Origin: Anaeramoeba ignava BMAN | Taxonomy: Eukaryota; Protista; Anaeramoebae | Assembly (NCBI GenBank): GCA_028826165.1 | Contig: JAPDFW010000013.1 | Location: 19,107 to 83,106, forward strand | Length of the DNA stretch: 64,000 bases | Direction: 5' to 3' | Shown here: in pieces, positions 25,868 to 36,506 of the stretch | Numbering within the stretch: the stretch's first letter is position 1 | How the letters are laid out: every line of letters begins with the position of its first letter | Position numbers and translations under genes: made by a program | Notes under the pieces: model-generated | Database searches by the model: none | Seen by the model: only the letters and a program-made list of their open reading frames with translations | Told to the model about the DNA's origin: nothing

Positions 25868-27526
25868 TCAATTTTTAATTTGATTTGAATAAATCCAATA
25901 TTCAAATATTTGAAATGATTCTTCACTTAATTCACTATAATCTGTAACTTTGTTAGAAGTATCATCTTTTACAGATAAAAACATTCCTCGATATAATTCA
26001 CTTCTCATTATCAATATTAATTTTGGAAATTTATATTGTTTTTCTTTTCTTTCAATTATAAAATCTTTTTCATTTTCATTTAAATAAATTCTTTTCATTG
26101 TTTCTTCAATTTTTTCATTTAAATTTATAATTTCTTTAATTTCAGAATATAATTTTGGATTTATAATTCTGTTTGAATAAATCATTTCAAATATTTGATT
26201 AGATTCTTTAATTGATTTTTTTGAAATAATTTCTTGAAGTTTTTCAATTTGATTTTGATTTTGATTTTGATTTAATCTATATTTTAATATTAATTTATGA
26301 GCTTTGATTATTTCTCCATTTTTGGTTTTAAATGAAATATCACAAAATTCTTTTCTTCTAAATAGTTTTATCAAATCTTCTTCAAGATTGGAAAAAGAAG
26401 GAGAAGAATAATAAAGAAATGAATTTTCATATCCACAAGAAAGATGATAATTAGATATATCAATATTATCGGTCAATAGTAATTTAGGAATCTTTCCTTT
26501 CACAGGAATTGAATGTTCTTTTGTATCTCTAGTCCCTAATTGGCCAAACTGATTATCTCCGAATCCTATTAATTTCCCTTTGGAAGTTAAAATCAAAGTA
26601 TGAGCTCTTCCAACAGAAAAATCAAGAATATCATCATCATTTTCAAATAAAGATGATTTGATTTCAGTAAATTCTCTTGTATCTTCATTTTTGCCAAGTC
26701 CATTATAATGACAATTTCCACATGAATAAATTTTTCTTTTTGGATTTTCATTTTGATTTTCATTTTCAATTAACATTATTGAATAAGCATGCCCACATTT
26801 AATATCAATTATTTTGCCTTTTGGAATATTTTGGATTTTGGTTATCTCTCCAGTTATTGGTTGGGGTGTTCTTCCTAATCCAAGTTGGCCAAAATAATTA
26901 TATCCGCATCCAAATAATTCTTGATTTGAATTCAAAAGAAAAACTGAATTTATAAAACTTCCTGAAAATATTTTAGAAACATTTTTCATCATTAAAATTG
27001 GTTTTTCTCTTTTTTTACCCCAAACTTCAGTATCACATCCAATTTGACCATATTGATTTGAACCAAAGCCATAAGCATTTTGATTTGAAGTTAATAAATA
27101 AATTGTTTCAGAACCAAAAACAATATCTTGAATTATTCTATCATTTGGATCTTCAATTAATGATGAAATATTAATAAATTGATACAGGTTTTTTTGGTCG
27201 ATATTTTCGCCTTTTGCAAATACATTTCCTTCTATTGTTAAAATAGCTTCATTTCTATAAAATCCTACAGTTACTTTTCGAATATTTTCAATTTGGATTT
27301 TTCTTGCATTTTGTTTTGATTCTTTTAAATATTTAATTGCTTTTCCATTTTTAAAAAGGAAAATTGTTGCAAAACTTGATGATGAAATTTGTTTAATTTG
27401 TTTTTCATTTTCATTTTCATTTTCATTTTCAAAATTAAATTGAATTGATTTTTTTATTATTTCTTTTGTTTCATTTTGTAAAAGTTTTGGAAATTTATTC
27501 CAACCAAAAAAGAAATTTTGATTCAT
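25868..27526 (-). CDS. RCC1-BTB-BTB copy 8 (most divergent; 3' end truncated or degenerate)
   Basis: 552 aa, stops at SNQIKN*. Scrambled remnants of the normal 3' end (DYFQL, LLINKFNNQN) lie at 25745-25865. Confidence 0.8.
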   Translation of the reverse strand: MNQNFFFGWNKFPKLLQNETKEIIKKSIQFNFENENENENEKQIKQISSSSFATIFLFKNGKAIKYLKESKQNARKIQIENIRKVTVGFYRNEAILTIEGNVFAKGENIDQKNLYQFINISSLIEDPNDRIIQDIVFGSETIYLLTSNQNAYGFGSNQYGQIGCDTEVWGKKREKPILMMKNVSKIFSGSFINSVFLLNSNQELFGCGYNYFGQLGLGRTPQPITGEITKIQNIPKGKIIDIKCGHAYSIMLIENENQNENPKRKIYSCGNCHYNGLGKNEDTREFTEIKSSLFENDDDILDFSVGRAHTLILTSKGKLIGFGDNQFGQLGTRDTKEHSIPVKGKIPKLLLTDNIDISNYHLSCGYENSFLYYSSPSFSNLEEDLIKLFRRKEFCDISFKTKNGEIIKAHKLILKYRLNQNQNQNQIEKLQEIISKKSIKESNQIFEMIYSNRIINPKLYSEIKEIINLNEKIEETMKRIYLNENEKDFIIERKEKQYKFPKLILIMRSELYRGMFLSVKDDTSNKVTDYSELSEESFQIFEYWIYSNQIKN

Positions 27527-27601
27527 TTTGAAAAAAATAAAAAAAATGAAAAAAATGAAAAAAAAATTTTTTGAAAAGCGAAGAATTTTTTAAGAAGAAA
27601 A

Positions 27602-27949
27602 TCATTTGAAGAAATCATTCGCAGTTTTGACTCCTTTCACCACATCTCCAATCAGAGAAAGCCATTTTCCAGGATCTTTATTTCCTGAACAGTTTGTCCG
27701 ATTTCCACATTCTCGAGCTTCATATCCACAATATTCACAAATTACTTTCCAACTTTTTCCATCAGATGATTCGTAATAATGGAAATAATGATGTCCTCGA
27801 ATGTCAGTGTTTAGCTTCACTTTATTGTTTCCTGAACATTGTGATTTGTTTTTGCAATCTTTTTGTCGCCAGCCACAATGAGTACAAAGAACAACATCTC
27901 CTTCTTTTTCACTTGGAAATGGAACAAAATTATGTCGACCTCTTGACAT
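27602..27949 (-). CDS. Small protein (115 aa) with two tandem His/Cys-rich putative zinc-binding repeats
   Basis: MSRGRHNF..VLCTHCGWRQKDCKNKSQCSGN / IRGHHYF..VICEYCGYEARECGNRTNCSGN; GC-richer than flanks; probable ATG at 27949. Confidence 0.75.
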   Translation of the reverse strand: MSRGRHNFVPFPSEKEGDVVLCTHCGWRQKDCKNKSQCSGNNKVKLNTDIRGHHYFHYYESSDGKSWKVICEYCGYEARECGNRTNCSGNKDPGKWLSLIGDVVKGVKTANDFFK

Positions 27950-28054
27950 CTTTAAATCAAAATTAAAAAAATAATCAAAAAAAAAATGAACTAACAAAAA
28001 AAACAAAAAGATCTTTTTAAACTCTTTTTTTTCCTTTTTTCCCTTTTTTTTAAA

Positions 28055-28610
28055 AAATAAAATAAGGAATATTAAATAATTAACTTTAAAATCAATTTTA
28101 ATTTATATATTTATGAATATTTATTTATTTAAATTAATATAAAGTTATTCCCAATAATTTAATAAAATTAATTAAATATTTTAATCAAATTTATTTCAAA
28201 AATAGAATAAGGAATATTAAGTAATTAAATTTAAAATAAATTTTAATTTGTATATTTATGAATATTTATTTATTTAAATTAATATAAAGTTATTCCCAAT
28301 AATTTAATAAAATTAATTAAATATTTTAATCAAATTTATTTCAAAAATAAAATAAGGAATATTAAGTAATTACCTTTAAAATCAATTTTAATTTATATAT
28401 TCATGAATATTTATTTATTTAAATTAATATAAAGTTATTCCCAATAATTTAATAAAATTAATTAAATATTTTAATCAAATTTATTTAAAAATAAAAATAA
28501 ATAATAATAAATAATTAAATTTAAAATCAATTTTAATTTATATATTTATGAATATTTATTTATTTAAATTAATATAAAGTTATTCCCAATAATTTAATAA
28601 AATTAATAAA
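28055..28610. repeat. Tandem array, 145-bp unit, about 4 copies
   Basis: aaagttattcccaataa recurs at 28141, 28286, 28431 and 28576. Confidence 0.9.
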
Positions 28611-28920
28611 AATATTGAAATATTTTCATTTTAATTATTTAATTTATTAATTAATTAACATTTATTTTATTAATAATTTATCTAAAAATAAAGAATTTAA
28701 ATTTAATTATTATTAATTTCAATTTTCAATTTTTATTTTTGTTTATTAATTTGAAAAAACAATTTATTATTTTTTCTTTTAAATTTTTAATCATAATTTT
28801 AAATTAATTTCAAATTTGTTTAAAATTGGATTTGTTTCTTATTTATTGATTTGAAGAATTTAATTTGATTGAAAGTAAATGAAAATTGAATTGAATTTTG
28901 AAAGAATAAAATGAAAAATT

Positions 28921-29969
28921 TTAAATTGGAATGAAATAAGATTCAACTTCATCAACAATCCATGAATTAGGAGAACCAGCTAAATAACTTCTAGCTTCAT
29001 TTTTACCATATTCAATTCCATTAGGTAGATTATAACTATAACCAAAATCTGAATAACCAGGTTGTAAATGATCATTCAAATAAAAATCATGACCAGAAAG
29101 CCCTCCATAACCAAAAATTGGGCCATAATTATGCCAGTTAGAATAAATTGCATATTGAGGTTGTTTAATTGTAAACTTTTCAGGTTTTCTATCTCCTGTA
29201 TCATTTCTTAATGAAAAAATAAATGAATTTGAATCATTAATCCATTCTCCATTTGCTGAATTAAATCCAACTTGAGTAAATCCTCCAAAAATAAAATTAT
29301 CTTTTGTTTTGATAATAATTAATGTTTTTCCTTTTCCATCAACTGCTTTATGCCAATTTTGACCAGAAAATCCATCTCTTTTTGCTGAAAATCCTTTTTT
29401 TATTTTAGAAAAAAAATCATTATCATTTATCCATTCTTCTAATTTCTTAACATATTCAATATCTTTAATAATTTCTGAATCTGAAAATTGAGGAAAATTC
29501 TTTTTGATTTCTTGTTTTTCATATTCATCAAAAATTGGTTTCATTTTTTTAATTTGGTTATTTTTATATTTAACTTCTTTCTTCCATTTCTCTTTTATTT
29601 CCTTTTCTTGTTCTTCAATTTTTTTTTCTTGAATTAAATTATCTTTTTCTTGAATTTGTTTATGAAGTTCAAAAATTTGTTTATCTTTTTCTTGAGAAAG
29701 TTCAAGAATTTGTTTATAAAGTCCTTCATTCTTGTATAAAAGTTCTTTATTCTCTTTATAAAGTTCAATAATTTGTTTATCTTTTTCTATTTATTTATAA
29801 TTTAATTATCCAAAAAAAATGTTAAAAAATGTTAAATAAGTTTTTTTTTTGTGTTTTTATTTTAAAAAATATATTTATAATAATAATAATAATAATTACC
29901 ATTAATAGTTTTATTTAATTCATTAATTTGTTGGTTATTGCTATTATTACTATTACTATTGCTATCCAT
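28921..29969 (-). CDS. Coiled-coil + TLDc domain protein; exons 29969-29900 and 29786-28921
   Basis: TLDc motifs FSAKRDGF..HKAVDGKGKTLIIIKT..IFGGF..SFIFSL..GPIFG..YLAG..VDEVE. A phase-1 GT-AG intron links MDSNSNS..KTING in frame. Confidence 0.88.
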
Positions 29970-30399
29970 TTTGTTTTTGTTTTTGAAAGAAAAAGCAAAA
30001 ATGAAAAATTAAAAAGCACAAAAAAATGAATAAAAAAAGTGGATTTTGAAATTAAATAAAAATATAAAAAATGAGAATAAATTTAAATTAATAATTAATT
30101 TAATTTTCTTTTTAATTTATTATTTTAAATTAATTTATTAATAAATTATTATTATTTTATTAATTTTTATTATTAAAAAAAGGAAAAATTATTTTAATTT
30201 AATTTTTTTTGGAATTTAAAAATTATTAATAAATTTAAATTTAAAAACAAATTTCTAAATTAATATTAATTCAATTTAATTCAAAAAGATAAAATTTTAA
30301 TTTCAAAAATCAATTTTCAAAATATTTTTAATTAATAAAATATTTAAATCTAAAAATAAATTATTATTTTTAATCATGAAAACAAATATTAAATTATAT

Positions 30400-32575
30400 T
30401 TTTAAATTAATTTATAATTAAATATTAAATTAAATTTATTCTTATTATTTATATTTTTATGTTAAATATTTAATAAAGAAAAATATAAAAATTGAAATAA
30501 TAAATTAATTTGTTTTAATAATAAATTTATTTTTAAAATTGAATTTAGAATTAATTTATAAATAAATAATAAATTATTTATATTTTAAATTATTTATATT
30601 TTTATGTTAAATATTTAATAAAGAAAATATAAAAATTGAAATAATAAATTAATTTGTTTTAATAATAAATTTATTTTAAAATAGAATTTAGAATTAATTT
30701 ATAAATAAATATTAAATTAATTATGTTTAAATTATTTATGTTTTATGTTAAATATTTAATAAAGAAAATATAAAAATTGAAATAATAAATTAATTTGTTT
30801 TAAATAATAAATTTATTTTTGAAATAGAATTTAGAATTAATTTATAAATAAATAATAAATTAATTATGTTTTAAATTATTTATGTTTTTATGTTAAATAT
30901 TTAATAAAGAAAATATAAAAATTGAAATAATAAATTAATTTGTTTTTAATAATAAATTTATTTTTGAAATAGAATTTAGAATTAATTTATAAATAAATAA
31001 TAAATTATTTATGTTTAAATTATTTATATTTTTATGTTTAATATTTAATAAAGAAAATATAAAATTGAATAAATTAATTTGTTTAAATAATAAATTTATT
31101 TTGAAATTGAATTTAGAATTGATTTATAAATAAAAATAAATTATTTATGTTTAAATTATTTATATTTTTATGTTTAATATTGAATAAAGAAAATATAAAA
31201 ATTGAAATAATAAATTAATTTGTTTTTAATAATAAATTTATTTTAAAATTGAATTTAGAATTGATTTATAAATAAAAATAAATTATTTATGTTTAAATTA
31301 TTTATATTTTTATGTTTAATATTGAATAAAGAAAATATAAAAATTGAAATAATAAATTAATTTGTTTTTAATAATAAATTTATTTTAAAATTGAATTTAG
31401 AATTAATTTATAAATAAATACAAATTATTTATGTTTAAATTATTTATATTTTTTATTTAAATATTTAATAAAGAAAATATGAAAATTGAAATAATAAATT
31501 AATTAGTTTAAATAATAAATTTATTTTAAAAATAGAATTTAGAATTGATTTATAAATAAATATTAAATTATTTATGTTTAAAATTATTTATATTTATATG
31601 TTAAAATATTTAATAAAGAAAATATAAAAATTGAAATAATAAATTAATTTGTTTAAAAAAATAAATTTATTTTGAAATTGATTTTTAGAATTAATTTATA
31701 AATAAATAATAAATTATTTTAAATTTAAATTATTTTATATTTTTATGTTAAATATTGAATAAAGAAAATATAAAAATTGGAAATAATAAATTAATATGTT
31801 TAAATATTAAATTATATTTTGAAATTGAATTTAGAGTTGATTTATAAATAAATAATAAATTATTTATGTTTAAATTATTTTATATTTTATGTTAAATATT
31901 TAATAAAGAAAATATAAAAATTGAAATAATAAATTAATATGTTTTAAATAATAAATTTATTTTGAAATTGAATTTAGAATTAATTTATAAATAAATAATA
32001 AATTATTTAAATTTAAATTATTTATATTTTTATGTTAAATATTTAATAAAAGAAAATATAAAAATTGAAATAATAAATTAATTTGTTTAAATAATAAATT
32101 TATTTTTAAAATTGAATTTAGAAATTGATTTATAAATAAAAATAAATTATTTAAATTTAAATTATTTATATTTTTATGTTAAATATTTAATAAAGAAAAT
32201 ATTTAAAATTGAAATAATAAATTAATATGTTTAAATAATAAATTTATTTTTGAAATTATATTTTCAAATTAATTTATAATTAAATATTAAATTATTTATA
32301 TTCTAATTATTTATATTTTTATGTTAAATATTGAATAAAGAAAATATAAAAATTGAAATAATAAATTAATTTGTTTAAATAATAAATTTATTTTAAAATT
32401 GAATTTAGAATTAATTTATAAATAAATAATAAATTATTTATATTTAAATTATTTATATTTATATGTTAAATATTGAATAAAGAAAATATAAAAATTGAAA
32501 TAATAAATTAATTTGTTTTAATAATAAATTTATTTTAAAATTGAATTTAGAGTTGATTTATAAATAAAAATAAAT
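30400..32575. repeat. Tandem array, about 143-146-bp AT-rich unit, about 15 copies
   Basis: Unit atgttaaatatttaataaagaaaatataaaaattgaaataataaattaatttgttt...gaatttagaattaatttataaataaat recurs at about 30460, 30604, 30746, 30890 ... 32463. Confidence 0.92.
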
Positions 32576-32644
32576 TAGTTTTTCTTTTTAAAAAAAAAAT
32601 AAAAAAAAAATTTTTTTTAAATTTTTATAATTAAATTAAATAAA

Positions 32645-32819
32645 GGAAAGATCAGAACGGCGAATGAAATGTTTTTTATCTTCAGTTCAAGTCTTTTTCT
32701 AAGTGGGTCGACCAAATATTATTGAATTTTTTTTTTACAAAGAAAAAAAAAAACAAAAATAAAAGGAACTTAGAATAAAGAAAATGATCTGGCTGTGTTA
32801 AGTTTCATCATTTCTTTCC
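32645..32819 (-). ncRNA. Box C/D snoRNA (about 175 nt), predicted LSU rRNA 2'-O-methylation guide
   Basis: Minus strand reads GGAAAGA-A-ATGATGA (box C, 32811-32805)...TTCATTCGCCGTT-CTGA (box D, 32655-32652)-TCTTTCC. Perfect 7-bp terminal stem. The 13-nt element before box D is antisense to the conserved LSU sequence AACGGCGA(G/A)UGAA. Confidence 0.8.
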
Positions 32820-32993
32820 AATTTAATTTTTTGAAAATAAAAAAATGAAAAAAAAAAACAAAAAAAAATTTTTTAATTAAAAAAAACAAAAACAATTTTT
32901 CATTTTTTTTTCATTTTTTTCTTCTTTTTTTTCTTCTTTTTTTGTTTTATTTCATTTATTTTCAAAAATTAAAATTAAAAAATAAAATTAAAA

Positions 32994-33494
32994 ATGAAAA
33001 TATTTGTCACAGTTGGAACTACAAAATTTACAGAATTAATAAACATTGTAGATTCACAAGAATTTCTACAATTAATGAAAAAAAAAGGAGTAACGGAAAT
33101 AACATTACAAACAGGAACAGAAGAATTTGAACCAAAAGAATTAAAAAAAGAAACAAATTTGACAGTTAAGACATTTAAATTAGTTCCATCAATAGAAGAA
33201 TATATTGAAAAAGCAGATTTAATAATTAGTCATGGAGGCGCAGGAACTATTTTTGAAAGTCTTCGCGCAAAAAAACCGTTAATTGTTGTTGTTAATGATT
33301 CTTTAATGGATAATCATCAAACTGAACTGGCAGAAAAATTAGCGGAAGAAAAGCATCTTTTTTATTGTGAAAATTCTTCTTTTCTTCCTACTATTTTTAA
33401 AAATATTGAAATCGATGGTTTATTGCCTCTTCCTGATACTAATCCTGATAAATTCAATTCTTTTATTGATAATCATTTTAATTTGAAAATTTAA
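32994..33494 (+). CDS. ALG13: UDP-GlcNAc transferase catalytic subunit ALG13
   Basis: MKIFVTVGTTKF..ADLIISHGGAGTIFESL..KPLIVVVNDSLMDNHQTELAEKL. Confidence 0.95.
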   Translation: MKIFVTVGTTKFTELINIVDSQEFLQLMKKKGVTEITLQTGTEEFEPKELKKETNLTVKTFKLVPSIEEYIEKADLIISHGGAGTIFESLRAKKPLIVVVNDSLMDNHQTELAEKLAEEKHLFYCENSSFLPTIFKNIEIDGLLPLPDTNPDKFNSFIDNHFNLKI

Positions 33495-33905
33495 TCAATG
33501 AAAAAAAATACAAAAGTTGATTTTTTTTTTCAAGTTTTTTATTTGAAATGGAGTGTGAATTATTTCAATATTCTTTATAATAAAGCTTCATTTAAAATTA
33601 AAATTCATTTATAAAATCAAAATCAAAATTAAAATTCATTTAATAATTAAAATTCATTTATAAAATTAAAATTCATTTATAAAATTAAAATTCATTTATA
33701 AAATTAAAATTAAAATTCAAATTAAAATTAAAATATTAAAATTAAAATTAAAATTAAAATTAAAATTAAAATTAAAATTAAAATTAAAATTAAAATTAAA
33801 ATTAAAATTAAAATAATTTTGTTTTCAAAGTTTATTTCTTTTCCAAATTTTCTTTTCTAAATTATCTTTCTTCATTTTTTTTCTTTTTAATATCTTTTTT
33901 TCTTA

Positions 33906-33966
33906 CTTTGTGTTCGAAAATCTCAATCCAAAAAAAAGGTTTCTTGAGATTTTGTCATATACAAAG
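33906..33966 (-). promoter_or_regulatory. SECIS element in the 3' UTR of the SelK-like gene
   Basis: CTTTGT-at-ATGAC-AAAATCTCAA-gAAA-CC(T8)GG-a-TTGAGATTTT-CGAA-c-ACAAAG: helix I, AUGA/GA quartet, perfect 10-bp helix II, apical AAA with mini-stem. Confidence 0.9.
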
Positions 33967-34057
33967 AAAGAAAAAAAGAAAGAGAAAATCATTTTAAAAT
34001 TTTAAAAAAAAAAGAAATTACTAAAAAGGATTAAATCTGAATTAGAAAAAATCCTTT

Positions 34058-36208
34058 TTAGCAATTTCCCCCACCTCATCCACCACCACCACTAAAGAAA
34101 GAAAGTGTAGAAAATGAATTTCGTCGATTTTGTGGAATTGGTTGTTGTCTAGGTTGAGGTCTTGTTTCATCTGGTTCTTCATAAAATAAAGTTTGTAAAC
34201 TAAAAATTTATAATTAAATTTATAATTAAATTTATAATTAAATTTATAATTAAATTTATAATTAAATTTATAATTAAATTTATAATTAAATTTATAATTA
34301 TATTTATAATAAATTTATAATTAAATTTATAATTAAATTTATAATTAAATTTATAATTAAATTTATTATTATAATTATAATAAAATTAATAATTAAATTT
34401 ATAATTAAATTTATAATCAAATTTATAATTAAATTTATAATTATATTTATAATTAAATTTATAATTAAATTTAAAATTAAATTTATAATTAAATTTATAA
34501 TTAAATTTGTAATAAAATTTATAATTATATTTTATAAACAAAATTTATAATTAAATTTATAATTAAATTTATAATTAAATTTATAATTAAATTTATAATT
34601 ATATTTATAATAAAATTAATAATTAAATTTATAATAAAATTAATAATTAAATTTATAATAAAATTTATAATTAAATTTATAATTAAATTTATAATTAAAT
34701 TAATAATTAAAATTTATAATAAAAATTTAAATATATAATTAAAATTATAATTAAATTTATAATTAAATTTATAATTAAACTTATAATTAAATTTATAATT
34801 AAATTTATAATTAAATTTATAATTAAATTTATAATTAAATTTAATTAAATTTATATTTTATATAATTAAAATTATAATTAAAAATATAATTAAATTTATA
34901 ATTAAATTTATAATTATATTTTATAATTAAATTTATAATAAAAATTTATAATTAAATTTATAATTAAATATATAATTAAACTTATAATTAAAATATATAA
35001 TTAAATTTATAATTAAATTTATAATTATATTTATAATTAAATTTATAATTAAATTTATAATTAAATTTATAATTAAATTTATAATTAAATTTATATAATT
35101 AAATTTATAATTAAAATTATAATTAAATTTATAATTAAATTTATAATTAAATTTATAATTAAATTAATTAAATTTATAATTAAATTTATAATTAAATTTT
35201 ATAATTAAATTAATAATTAAATTTATAAAAAATTTATAATAAAATTTATAATTATATTTATAAACAAAATTTATAATTAAATTTATAATTAAATTTATAA
35301 TTAAATTTATAATTAAATTTATAATTAAATTTATAATTAAATTTATAATTAAATTTAAAACTAAATTTATAATAAAATTAATAATTAAATTAATAATTAA
35401 ATTTATAATAAAATTTATAATTAAATTTATAATATTTATAATTAAATTTATAATTAAATTTATAATTAAATTTAAATTTATAATTAAATTTATAATAAAA
35501 TTTATAATTAAAATATATATTTATATTTATAATTAAATTTATAATTAAATTTATAATTAAAAATATAAAATTTATAATTAAATTTATAATTAAATTTATA
35601 ATTAAATTTATAATTAAATTTATAATTAAATTTATAATTAAATTTATAATTAAATTTATAATTTATTTATAATTATATTTATAATTAAATTTATAATTAA
35701 ATTTATAATTAAATTTATAATTAAATTTATAATTAAATTTATAATTAAATTTATAATTAAAATTTATAATTAAATTTATAATTAAATTTATAATTAAATT
35801 TATAATTAAAATTTATAATTAAATTTATAATTAAATTATATTTTATAATTAAATTTATAATTAAATTTATAATTAAATTTATAATTAAATTTATAAACAA
35901 ATTTATAATTATATTTATAATTAAATTTATAATTAAATTTATAATTAAATTTATAATTAAATTTATAATTAAATTTATAATTATATTTATAATTAAATTT
36001 ATAATTAAATTTATAATTAAATTTATAATTATATTTATAATTAAATTTATATTAAAATTTATAATTAAATTTATAATTAAATTGTTTACAAAATTTTTAA
36101 AAATTGTAAAATGGCTAATAAAATGTTTTGTATTTTTGTAAAAATTCTTGATTCATTTGATTCTGTTCTTGTTTGTTGTGGAAAAACTTTTCTTCTATTA
36201 TTTTCCAT
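34058..36208 (-). CDS. SELENOK: Selenoprotein K-like (86 aa); exons 36208-36090 and 34199-34058; UGA-Sec at 34078-34076
   Basis: MENNRRKVFPQQ..RIFTKIQNILLAILQFLKIF|LQTLFYEEPDETRPQPRQQP..FSGGG-TGA-GGGNC-TAA: single hydrophobic helix with 'FLQTLF', Pro/Arg-rich tail, GGU near the C-terminus, and a downstream SECIS. Confidence 0.85.
34200..36089 (-). repeat. 1.9-kb intron composed of a 12-bp quasi-palindromic repeat (AATTTATAATTA)n
   Basis: GT at 36089 and TAG at 34202-34200 on the minus strand; the interior is almost purely the 12-mer. Confidence 0.85.
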
Positions 36209-36315
36209 TTATAAAAAAAATAATTGAAAAAAAAAATGAAAAAAATGAAAAACAAAATCATTTTGAATTTTATTTGTTTTTTTTTTTGAAAAGAAAAAAA
36301 AAGGAAAAAAATTTA

Positions 36316-36397
36316 TTTTTAATAATCATTGACTTTCAGAAAATATTCTTCCAAAGATTTCAAATATTTCCTTCATTTGTTCAACAATTATTAAAAA
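36316..36397 (-). promoter_or_regulatory. SECIS element in the 3' UTR of the SelW/Rdx gene
   Basis: TTTTTAATAATTGTTGA-acaa-ATGAA-GGAAATATT-tgAAA-TCTTTGGAAGA-ATATTTTC-TGAA-ag-TCAATGATTATTAAAAA: long helix I, AUGA/GA core, helix II, AAA apical motif. Confidence 0.88.
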
Positions 36398-36506
36398 TTG
36401 GAAAAAAAAATGTGGCTTTTATGTTGAAAGATTGTTTGAGAAATGAAAAAAGAAAAAGAAAAAGAAAGAAGAAGAAATGTTCAGTTTTTTTTTGATTTGA
36501 ATTTGT

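Noticed and set aside
11149-27526. Diversity-generating retroelement behind the RCC1 loop variation
   Set aside because: No reverse transcriptase or template repeat in the window, and the variation is not obviously adenine-specific
28055-32575. CRISPR-like arrays
   Set aside because: Units are contiguous tandem copies with no unique spacers, the context is eukaryotic, and no cas genes are present
32774-32819. Hairpin initially resembling a SECIS
   Set aside because: It lacks a proper helix II and GA quartet and is better explained as the box C end of the snoRNA
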